Shown here: positions 43,540 to 51,919 of the stretch, piece by piece
Position numbering within the stretch: position 1 is the first letter of the stretch
Layout: each line of letters starts with the position of its first letter
From: an uncultured Bacteroidales bacterium
Lineage (GTDB): Bacteria; Bacteroidota; Bacteroidia; Bacteroidales; GCA-2748055
Length of the DNA stretch: 64,000 nucleotides
NCBI GenBank assembly: GCA_963751705.1
Contig: CAVVVN010000009.1
Coordinates: 88,697 to 152,696 of the forward strand
Direction: 5' to 3'
Notes under the pieces: generated by a model
What the model saw: only the letters and a program-made list of their open reading frames with translations
What the model was told of the DNA's origin: nothing
The model's database searches: none
Program-made: the position numbers and the translations under genes

Positions 43540-44796
43540 CTAAATCTTTGCTTTAAGTCTTTCCATGCTCCTTTTATGATAATCACTCCCACTTAACTCA
43601 TAGGCTTTTGTAGCATATATCAGTGCAGTAGCATAGTCCTTCTGTCCCGAATAATAATCTGCCATAGAACTACAGGCACTTGCACTTTGGGGGTAGTACT
43701 CCATAGCAAATTCGAAAAACATCCTGGCTTTTTCTGTTTGCTGCATATCTAAACTCATAAGTCCAAGCATATTAAGCAGGTCTTCAGGATAAGGCGGAAC
43801 CAGATAATCAAAATGGCTCCTTAGTTTGTTTTCACGATATTTCACTATGCCATATAGTTCTTCTTTCGGTGTGTCGGGCGAATTGAATCTGCTCGTATTT
43901 TCCATTTGGAACCATTCAAAAACAGCTATCAAGCCATCCATAATGGAAGGGAAAGAAATGGTCCCATGCAAATCTCTGGGATAAAATTTCCACTCAAAAA
44001 ACAATCCGTTACCGGCATTTTGACTGACCAGGTTTGAAAAAGTAAGATTGGAACGGGCAAATGTCGTGAACTCCGAAGAATCCTCCATGACATTGTCAAT
44101 GGTAACACCAGGATCTTGCATATGTAACTGTCCTCCTAAAGACATAAAAAGTGATTTGCCTTTATAGCTCCGTGAACTAAGTAAAGTGGTCGCTTGCTTC
44201 ACCAAATACTGATTATCCCAATCTAAACTGGGATCAATGGCTAAATAGTTGGCAAATAAATTTGGGTGATTCAGTAGAGAATAGATGGCAAATAAGCCTC
44301 CATAGGAATGGCCAATTATAGTTCGGTAATTAGTTACGGGATACTTTTCTTCCACAAAAGGAATAAGTTCATCTTCAATGAATTTGATAAAATTTGCCGC
44401 CTCACCATTCTTTTGATTGAACGGCCTTCCATATAAGGTTTTTATTGATGAGGTTGTCAAATCCCTCATCCTGTTCTTACTGTTAGAAATCCCGATGAGC
44501 ACCATTTCCGGCATAAACCCTCCACTATAAAAATCAAGAACGTTTGTAGCCGTTAGAAGAAATACCTCTCCATCCAGAATATAAACTACAGGATACTTCT
44601 GATTATTCTCAGAGCTATAGTTGGCTGGCAGCTGAATATAAATCTCTCTGGATTCGTTGAGTGTTTTGGAATAAAGACTATCCAACACACCCACCTTACG
44701 CAAAATCTGAGGTCCCTGGCTTGCCTGGGCATTAAGCAATTGAACAGAAAGTATCATAGATCCTGCAATAGCCAGAATTCGCATTTTACTTGTCAT
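43540..44796 (-). CDS. Alpha/beta-hydrolase esterase with a C-terminal TPR-like region
   Basis: YPVVYILDG, GHSYGG nucleophile elbow; signal peptide. Confidence 0.85.
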   Translation of the reverse strand: MTSKMRILAIAGSMILSVQLLNAQASQGPQILRKVGVLDSLYSKTLNESREIYIQLPANYSSENNQKYPVVYILDGEVFLLTATNVLDFYSGGFMPEMVLIGISNSKNRMRDLTTSSIKTLYGRPFNQKNGEAANFIKFIEDELIPFVEEKYPVTNYRTIIGHSYGGLFAIYSLLNHPNLFANYLAIDPSLDWDNQYLVKQATTLLSSRSYKGKSLFMSLGGQLHMQDPGVTIDNVMEDSSEFTTFARSNLTFSNLVSQNAGNGLFFEWKFYPRDLHGTISFPSIMDGLIAVFEWFQMENTSRFNSPDTPKEELYGIVKYRENKLRSHFDYLVPPYPEDLLNMLGLMSLDMQQTEKARMFFEFAMEYYPQSASACSSMADYYSGQKDYATALIYATKAYELSGSDYHKRSMERLKAKI

Positions 44797-44843
44797 TTGA
44801 TTGTTCTTTTGAGTTTGATATGTGATCTTTCACTTATATAAAA

Positions 44844-45533
44844 CTAAACAGTATTAATGCCAAATAAATACCCGATGAGAGCCGTAATTCCCATTGCTAT
44901 CGTCCCCCAAAAAGTTATTCTAATTACCGCTTTACTGATGCTCGACCCGCCAGCTTTTGCTGCAACCGTCCCTAAAATAATTAAGAAAACCAATGCTGAA
45001 ACGTACTGAAAGTACCCCATGTATTTTAAAGGAGACGCAAGTGCAACTATTACAGGTAACAAGCCGCCAAGAGTAAATGAAGCACCTGAAGCCAATGCGG
45101 CTTGCAAAGGTTTTGCCTGGGTAATATCATTTATCCCTAATTCATCTCTTGCATGTGCTTCCAGAGCATTATTATGTGTCAATTGTTCAGCAACCTGGAA
45201 GGAGAGTTTTTCATCTAAGCCTCTCCTTTGATAGATTTTGGCAAGTTCTTCTAATTCAATTTCTGGTATATTCTTCAACTCATTAGATTCTCTTTTGATG
45301 TCAGCCTTTTCGATATCAGATTGTGAACTTACTGAAACATATTCTCCCGCTGCCATGGAAAGCGCACCAGCAACCAAACCTGCCACTCCAGCAAGAATTA
45401 TAGGATCTTTGGTTTCACTTGCCACTGCAACACCAATAACAATACTCGCTGTAGAAAGAATCCCGTCATTGGCACCTAAGACAGTAGCTCTCAACCAGCC
45501 ACTTCTGTTTACATAATGTTTTTCTAACTCCAT
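44844..45533 (-). CDS. VIT1/CCC1 family Fe/Mn transporter
   Basis: WLRATVLGANDG, SMAAGEYVSV, HARDELG. Confidence 0.93.
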   Translation of the reverse strand: MELEKHYVNRSGWLRATVLGANDGILSTASIVIGVAVASETKDPIILAGVAGLVAGALSMAAGEYVSVSSQSDIEKADIKRESNELKNIPEIELEELAKIYQRRGLDEKLSFQVAEQLTHNNALEAHARDELGINDITQAKPLQAALASGASFTLGGLLPVIVALASPLKYMGYFQYVSALVFLIILGTVAAKAGGSSISKAVIRITFWGTIAMGITALIGYLFGINTV

Positions 45534-45922
45534 AGCTGTTCATATTAATTTTGGATTCTTTTTCACTCAATTTATATCTTCTTACTAAGACTAAAAGATT
45601 AATAACTCTTTAAAATTATTCATTCGTATTTGAAAATAATAATAGATCCCAAAGTGCGATTGCCCTAAGCTTAGAGTAAATTCGCGTACTACTGAGAAGG
45701 TTTTCTGCCTTTTCCCCCAGAAGAAGTGATAGGCAGTGTGTAATTTTAACAGTATTAGGTGGCGAATTCCTGCTTCGAATATATGGATTAGTGCTTGAGG
45801 TGTAATTTATTGAGGGCTTCAAGGCTAACCAGTTGCCACCCAGAATATCGGGGGTGATAACGCACGAAAATCTCTTAACTCCAAATGATCTATAAACATT
45901 GTTGGCGTTAGTGTTTAGGTTT

Positions 45923-46936
45923 TTAATCGTCAATACTTAAGACTATCTTACCTTCCACTTCATATTTTTCCACAAGTTTATGTGCTTCTGCTGCTTGTTC
46001 TAATTTCATTACTTTTCCAATAACAGGTTTGATTTTTCTTTCGGCCAAAAGCTTGAATAACACATTTAAATCTTCTCTGAACCATTCTGGATGTTTTTTT
46101 CGAAATGAAGTTATTACATAGAATTCAGTAGACGGTTTAGATGGCAGCAAATTCCAAAACTTGATCTTAAAATAATCAAGCACAACATGTCCATCTTTGC
46201 CACTTGCAGCATTTTGATATCCGAAACCAACCAAGATCCCATCTTTTCTTAATATGCTTAAAGAACGTGGAAAATAATTGCCCCCAATAGGGTCGAAAAC
46301 GGCATCTATCCCATTGGGTTCGTTTTTTCCTATTAGCTCAACGAAGTCTTCGTTTTCGTAGTCAATAGGAATTGCACCCATGTCTCTGATAAACTTATGT
46401 TTACTTTTTGAAGCTGTTCCATACATTTTCAGGTTCAATAGTCTGCCCAATTGCAAAAGTGCGGTGCCTACGGCTCCTGAACATGCATGAATCAAAATTG
46501 TATTGCCATTTTTTACTTTTATGCAACGGTTTAACATTTGATATGCTGTCAGGTAAGTTAGTATCATACTAACTGCTTCACCATTATCCAAATTATCAGG
46601 GACTGGGACAACAGAATTTGCATCAAGGCATATGTATTCGGTATATGCCCCGATTACTGTCAGGTCAGCAACTTTTTGTCCGATTGATAAATGCTTGACT
46701 CCTGCGCCAAGGACATCTACCACACCTACTAAATCATATCCTGGCGAAAATGGCGGTTTATTTCTAACGGCTGGATAAATTCCACGTCGAATAAGGGTAT
46801 CAGTAAAGCATGCACTGGTTGTTAATACTTTGACTCTGACTTGTCCTTTTTTGGGCGTTGGAAGCTCTTTTTCTGTTACTTTTTGCAACACTTCTGGTGC
46901 TCCAAATTTTGATATGACTATTCGATTATATGTCAT
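45923..46936 (-). CDS. Medium-chain dehydrogenase/reductase (quinone oxidoreductase-like)
   Basis: PGYDLVG, YLTAYQML, SGAVG, GKIVL. Confidence 0.88.
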   Translation of the reverse strand: MTYNRIVISKFGAPEVLQKVTEKELPTPKKGQVRVKVLTTSACFTDTLIRRGIYPAVRNKPPFSPGYDLVGVVDVLGAGVKHLSIGQKVADLTVIGAYTEYICLDANSVVPVPDNLDNGEAVSMILTYLTAYQMLNRCIKVKNGNTILIHACSGAVGTALLQLGRLLNLKMYGTASKSKHKFIRDMGAIPIDYENEDFVELIGKNEPNGIDAVFDPIGGNYFPRSLSILRKDGILVGFGYQNAASGKDGHVVLDYFKIKFWNLLPSKPSTEFYVITSFRKKHPEWFREDLNVLFKLLAERKIKPVIGKVMKLEQAAEAHKLVEKYEVEGKIVLSIDD

Positions 46937-46982
46937 TTATGTTTCTGAAAATGTTATTTGTATACTAAGCAACTTGCCATAA

Positions 46983-48074
46983 TTATTCAGTAATAAATTC
47001 ACCCCGAATCAGATTAAATGAATCATTTTCTTTTCGTCCTGTAAAAATCAGGGAAAAATGTTTTCCATCTGCACTAAGCCATTTGTTCGAGAAATTCCAG
47101 TAAAATGTATTTAACGGGAAATGTCCTTCACCCCACTTTTGTTGATAGAGGACTGTAGTCCATGGACCCCAGGGTTCCGGCGCATCAAATATACCAATGT
47201 TGCCGCGATGAGTTTCTGTATGTTCGCTTGTTAACAGATATCTTTTTAATCGGGAATTGTAACTAACATTGATACACCAGCCAACTCCATCAGGGTTTTC
47301 AAATACAGGTTTTCGTTCTTTATTATCTTTTGTCCAGATTGGGTCGCTGCCTTCCATCCCTGCAAAAAACGAGTAAGCTCTCTGAATTGCTATAGAATCT
47401 TTATGAACACGTGCCAAATCTATTAGTCCTGGTTTTTGACAATTTAGCCAATCAACCTTATCTTCATAATCATCAGGTCCTTCATAAGACTGAAAACGAA
47501 TCAGGTATACATAAACGAAATTATCTCTCGCATTTTCATAATTTTTGTCATAATTACAAAGGGTTGGCATCATAATGCCTTCTTCTCTTGTAAATGCCCA
47601 ATTCGCAAATTTCCAACTCCTTCCATGATCTTCGGAAAATGCAATTTTCGTTTGATTAAATTGGTCGATATTAGTTTGAAAGAGACCAACCCACATATAT
47701 AAAATCCCTCCTATACAAACTATTCCATAACTTTTCCCAATTACATTGCTGTCATTTTCGCTATTATACCCTCCCCAAATATTTACTGGTGTAAAATCAT
47801 GCCAATTCCCTTGGATGCAAGCGACTCCAATACTTGAGCGACCTATACTGTTTGTTCCTCCAAATCCACCTCCATCTCCCCAAACTGTATACTGATTATC
47901 ATCATCCGCCCAAGTAACCGGCCAATTGTCGCTCCCAGAGGCTAGTCTTAAATGAGAAGACCAATTAAATGTAATTTGTCTAATAATAGGACTAGGTGGA
48001 TACGGCACTTCCTGTGAAATTGCTATTGTTGCATTTAACAACAGACCTAGCATAATTATTAGTTTTATTTTCAT
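46983..48074 (-). CDS. DUF4185-like secreted beta-propeller protein
   Basis: GSDNWPVTW, WGDGGG, SEDHGRSW Asp-box, APEPWGPW. Confidence 0.7.
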   Translation of the reverse strand: MKIKLIIMLGLLLNATIAISQEVPYPPSPIIRQITFNWSSHLRLASGSDNWPVTWADDDNQYTVWGDGGGFGGTNSIGRSSIGVACIQGNWHDFTPVNIWGGYNSENDSNVIGKSYGIVCIGGILYMWVGLFQTNIDQFNQTKIAFSEDHGRSWKFANWAFTREEGIMMPTLCNYDKNYENARDNFVYVYLIRFQSYEGPDDYEDKVDWLNCQKPGLIDLARVHKDSIAIQRAYSFFAGMEGSDPIWTKDNKERKPVFENPDGVGWCINVSYNSRLKRYLLTSEHTETHRGNIGIFDAPEPWGPWTTVLYQQKWGEGHFPLNTFYWNFSNKWLSADGKHFSLIFTGRKENDSFNLIRGEFITE

Positions 48075-48095
48075 TGGAACAAATTATGTAGATTA

Positions 48096-48228
48096 GGGCT
48101 AAGGTTATATATATGATTGGTGCGGCTTAAAATCCATAAAGGTTTTCAGCTAGCCCAATTAAATACTGGAAACATTGGTTTTAAATGAAGTGCTAATGCA
48201 AGCATAAAGTATATGTATCGTTGTAACC
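48096..48228. repeat. Degenerate attC-like palindrome upstream of the DUF4185 gene
   Basis: GGGCTAAG-GTTATATATATG...TGC pairs imperfectly with GCATAAAGTATATGTATC-GTTGTAACC. Confidence 0.5.
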
Positions 48229-48643
48229 CGATTAATAATCTGAGCCCACTGATTTAGTTAGTATTGACTGATTGGTTTGATATATATTTTGTAACATTAA
48301 AAAAGGTATCTACCCAATAATCTTGTTCATTTTCTTTAAGATAGATTAATAATTCCTCCAAAGCTTATTATAAGAATATTAGCCAATTGCGGGCTTCATA
48401 CCAATCAAGTTATTAGTGAATTAAAGCTTGCTAAAGTGCTTTAATATATTGCTGTTACAGCTATTATTTTTATGCCTTCACTCCAGGTGACAGATTTAAA
48501 CCAAGGCCAAAATTTTTCCAACTTTCACCACGAAGATAGAAATAAATAGAATTAGGATTTCGCCTATTTTGTATAGCTGAGATGTTTGCAACTGTTTTCC
48601 AATTTCTGCAAAAGGCGTGACAGGCAGTATGGAATTAAACAAT

Positions 48644-49727
48644 GTTATGAGCTTTTTTTCCTTTTCACAATTTTCACTATTCGATTATATACGATTTCCG
48701 CTAAATTCCAGGTGTATCCACCACTTGTATTTACAAACTGAATAACGACCGCATCAATGTCTTTGTGATACCTGGCAATACTAGAGTATCCTGGCAATAA
48801 TCCTGTATGTTCATATGCATAAATAGTTGAATAAATAGCTTGTTCATTATCATTTTGCAAAGAGCCATCGTTTAATGCCCGCATGAATATGCCCACATCC
48901 TCCGCAGTAGCAACCATTGAGCCGGCAGGGCTTGTGAAATCATTATACTTTAAATCACCATCATAAGATACGTCATACCCACTCATAACATCGTCTAAAT
49001 CCACTTCACTAAGCAAACTGTAAGTATTTTTCAGTCCAAGCGGTATCAAAATTTCCATCCTGATATATTGGTGATGGCTATATCCCAATGTTTTATCAAG
49101 GATTTCGCCTATCAACAAATAATTCGTATTTGAATAACTATATTTTTTATCAGGTTCAAAGTCAGCAGGCGTATCAAGTACTAACTTAAGATTTTCTCGA
49201 TTGGCTTTCGGTGGGCTTTCCCAATAGCCAGGGGTGTCCGTATAATTGGGAATTCCACTTCTATGCTGCACCATCAATCTCAAGGTAATTTTTTCTGCAT
49301 TTTCAATTCTTCCCACAAGTTCCGGAAGGTAATCAGCGAGGGTTTTATCCAAAGACAATTGATTTTCATTTACCAATTTAGCGACAGCAACAGCAACATA
49401 TAACTTGCTGATGCTGGCAATCTTGAATAAGGCTTGCGGGTCGGCAGGAATTTTATTTTTTCGGTCATGCCAGCCTGCGGCATAAAATTCCGGTGGCTTC
49501 CCAGCTTGGTCCACGTATACAATCATGCCGTCCAATCCATATCCGATGGCATCATTGACTTGTTCCTGAACTGTATCAGGCATTGGTGCTAACCATGCTC
49601 TTACCAGAATCCATGGTACGAACACCAGAGAGCTTATGCTTGCAATAATTAATACTAGTCTGAGTATTCGCTTTGTTTGTTTTTTTGTCATACTATTTCA
49701 GGACAGTTTTTTTTAATTGCTCATAAC
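48644..49727 (-). mobile_element. Putative gene cassette carrying the serine hydrolase
   Basis: Bounded by GTTATGAGC (48644-48652) and its exact reverse complement GCTCATAAC (49719-49727); the stop codon lies inside the boundary. Confidence 0.7.
48645..49691 (-). CDS. Serine hydrolase, beta-lactamase/class C-like family
   Basis: SxxK (ASISK), YxN (YSNTNY), HTG; N-terminal TM helix. Confidence 0.9.
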   Translation of the reverse strand: MTKKQTKRILRLVLIIASISSLVFVPWILVRAWLAPMPDTVQEQVNDAIGYGLDGMIVYVDQAGKPPEFYAAGWHDRKNKIPADPQALFKIASISKLYVAVAVAKLVNENQLSLDKTLADYLPELVGRIENAEKITLRLMVQHRSGIPNYTDTPGYWESPPKANRENLKLVLDTPADFEPDKKYSYSNTNYLLIGEILDKTLGYSHHQYIRMEILIPLGLKNTYSLLSEVDLDDVMSGYDVSYDGDLKYNDFTSPAGSMVATAEDVGIFMRALNDGSLQNDNEQAIYSTIYAYEHTGLLPGYSSIARYHKDIDAVVIQFVNTSGGYTWNLAEIVYNRIVKIVKRKKSS

Positions 49728-49853
49728 GTTTGCGTTTATGAAACGTTGAGGATTACGCGCTAATATCCTATCAAACTTTACCAAACTTGATGCGAGGCAT
49801 AATGTTTGCAGCACCACTTAAATAACAATGTTTAATAAACGATGCTGTAGGGC
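49719..49853. repeat. attC-like imperfect palindrome between the serine hydrolase and S41 cassettes
   Basis: GCTCATAAC...GCTGTAGGGC; arms 49733-49748 and 49826-49841 are 14/16 complementary. Confidence 0.75.
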
Positions 49854-51309
49854 GTTTTAATTTGTCAGAAAACATATTTCTTCCATTTCCAAATCAGTGT
49901 TTGACAGGTATGATTTAGCTGTGTAATATACTTTATAGTCAGGTATAATTCCGTGATGATTATCGGGAATTAATATTTCATTATTAAACCGGAAAAGCGG
50001 AAAACTAATGATGATTTTTGAATTTGGAAGTTCAAGCTTCTGAAAGCTATTCGCATTGCATCCTGTTTCGCCACCCGCAGTCTCTTGGCCAATACAAATT
50101 GCGGAAGCTTTATATTTGAGATAAGCCGCAAGTGTACATGAAGATGATGCTGTATATCCATCTGTCAGGACGAAAATTTTCCCTGTAAATAGCTTTTTCT
50201 TAGGATAAGTAAGGTTGGTAATGTACTTTATTCCTGAATCTGTTACCTTATGCCGAGTTGTTTTCTCCCAGAACCAAACTCCTGCCAGTTTCAATTTAGA
50301 GCTCAAATATTTACCTGCATTTCCTTTGGGCCTGAAGTCAATCTGAGATAGTGTATCGGATAGGATGTATGATAAAAAATCAAGGGTGCTTCTCGTGGAG
50401 CCCCCTCCATTGCCTCTTAAATCTATTACCAAAGTCTTGATTGGCTTGTCATCTAATTGCTGAAATATTTTCTCGTTTACTTTCTTATAGTTACCATAGT
50501 CCATCGATTTAATCTTTAAATACATGGTATTCTGAGTTAGATTGAATAACTCGACAGACTTCGCACTAATTAACGAATTTGATTTGGGTTGAAAATATTG
50601 AAATTTATTTGGCGAATAATTTTTTACAGCTTTTATGTTGATTTCAGCTATCTCATCATTGGTTTTTTGATATTTTATTCTAAAATCATCGGTACCAATA
50701 AAACACCTTCTGATTAATATTTCAGAATAATCATTTATAATGGAGTAGCCTAATGTTTTCTGATGTCCGTCAACCGGTTGATAAATAATAAGCTTATTTA
50801 TTATCTCCGTCGCGGGCATGTCGTTAATGGAGATTACTTTGATAGGAAGGTCTATTTGTGGGTTGTTATCATTAAATTCTGCATCCAGGATGTACAGGCC
50901 CGAAGAATCAGCAAAACAGCGAACAGGCAAGTATTTGTTCTCTCCAATTTGTTCACGATATAGTTCAGCCATTGGTGATTCTTCTATTTTGGTATGAGAA
51001 CATCCCACTTTACATAGGGCCTCACGAATACTATTTTCATATTCAAAAGCAGTGAGCTTTCCAAGCGATTGATTCTGTACATGGCTTATATAGGAATCCA
51101 ATTCGTTGGTCCATGCTTTGTTTAAAGTTACTGGATGTCCTTCTGTTATTGCTGTATTGAGATAAATCAAGTCTTCAATTAATTTATCCTTTGACAAGAT
51201 TTGAGAACTCGAATTACATCCAAGCATACATAAAACCGGTATGAAAAAATGAATTTTTAGAAATTTTCGTTTCATATGACTCGTCCTGTTCTTTTAAATG
51301 CCCTACAAC
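49844..51309 (-). mobile_element. Putative gene cassette carrying the S41 peptidase
   Basis: Bounded by GCTGTAGGGC (49844-49853) and GCCCTACAAC (51300-51309), 9/10 complementary. Confidence 0.7.
49857..51275 (-). CDS. S41 family peptidase lipoprotein
   Basis: Lipobox MLGC; IDLRGNGGG, TASS, IGQETAG, GIIPD; AT-rich. Confidence 0.88.
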   Translation of the reverse strand: MKRKFLKIHFFIPVLCMLGCNSSSQILSKDKLIEDLIYLNTAITEGHPVTLNKAWTNELDSYISHVQNQSLGKLTAFEYENSIREALCKVGCSHTKIEESPMAELYREQIGENKYLPVRCFADSSGLYILDAEFNDNNPQIDLPIKVISINDMPATEIINKLIIYQPVDGHQKTLGYSIINDYSEILIRRCFIGTDDFRIKYQKTNDEIAEINIKAVKNYSPNKFQYFQPKSNSLISAKSVELFNLTQNTMYLKIKSMDYGNYKKVNEKIFQQLDDKPIKTLVIDLRGNGGGSTRSTLDFLSYILSDTLSQIDFRPKGNAGKYLSSKLKLAGVWFWEKTTRHKVTDSGIKYITNLTYPKKKLFTGKIFVLTDGYTASSSCTLAAYLKYKASAICIGQETAGGETGCNANSFQKLELPNSKIIISFPLFRFNNEILIPDNHHGIIPDYKVYYTAKSYLSNTDLEMEEICFLTN

Positions 51310-51457
51310 GGTTTATGCAAACGCTGTGTTGGCGCTCCGGTCCTCATTCCAACCAGCCTTGATCTCTTGCGAAACTGAGAATCCTTTTACCTGGCCTCCC
51401 AATAAGTACCGGAACGGAACTTGGCGAGGGCGTTGCCTTTGCAATCGTGTTGTTTAG
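51300..51457. repeat. attC-like imperfect palindrome upstream of the S41 cassette
   Basis: ACAAC-GGTTTA-TGCAAA pairs with TTTGCA-ATCGT-GTTGT; ends GTTGTTTAG. Confidence 0.65.
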
Positions 51458-51585
51458 TTAGTTATAAAATGCTTTCACAATATGGTGTTTGCACAACCTA
51501 AGTATACAATCTACGAATTTTAGTTGTACAAATCAGAAAGAACAAAAGAGAGGATAAAGCTTAATTCAGCAGGATCTAAGGTAAT

Positions 51586-51866
51586 TTGGGTCGACTGGCA
51601 ATAGAACGTGGGCCAGTAGTCTATTGCGCCGAAGAAGCCGATAACCAGGTCAGTGTCTTTAGTGTTTCAATTGACCAGGAGATGATGCTTGAAACTGAAT
51701 TCCAGGAAGACCTGCTTGGGGAAGTTACCGTTTTAAGCGGCCAGGCGATGAAAATTGATGGCTGCGGAAATGATTATCCGTCGACGCTTGAAATGATCCC
51801 ATATTTCTCCTGGCGTAACAGGGGGCAAATGAAATGGCCGTCTGGCTACAGCGGAAATCAAGGTAA
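51586..51866 (+). pseudogene. C-terminal remnant of a GH127-like beta-L-arabinofuranosidase
   Basis: GRLAIERGPVVYCAE...IPYFSWRNRG; adding one G at 51821-51825 restores NRGANEMAVWL; 5' part absent. Confidence 0.8.
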
Positions 51867-51919
51867 ATTATACAACACACAGGAATTTTTGTTAAAATGC
51901 AGTACAAAAAGTTAACAGC

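Noticed and set aside
45616-45933. 105-aa ORF after the MDR gene
   Set aside because: Runs through the half-site at 45901, has no protein-like features, and is probably spurious or decayed DNA.
48645-49691. Calling the cassette serine hydrolase a resistance beta-lactamase
   Set aside because: SxxK/YxN/HTG motifs are shared with esterases and carboxypeptidases; activity cannot be inferred from them.
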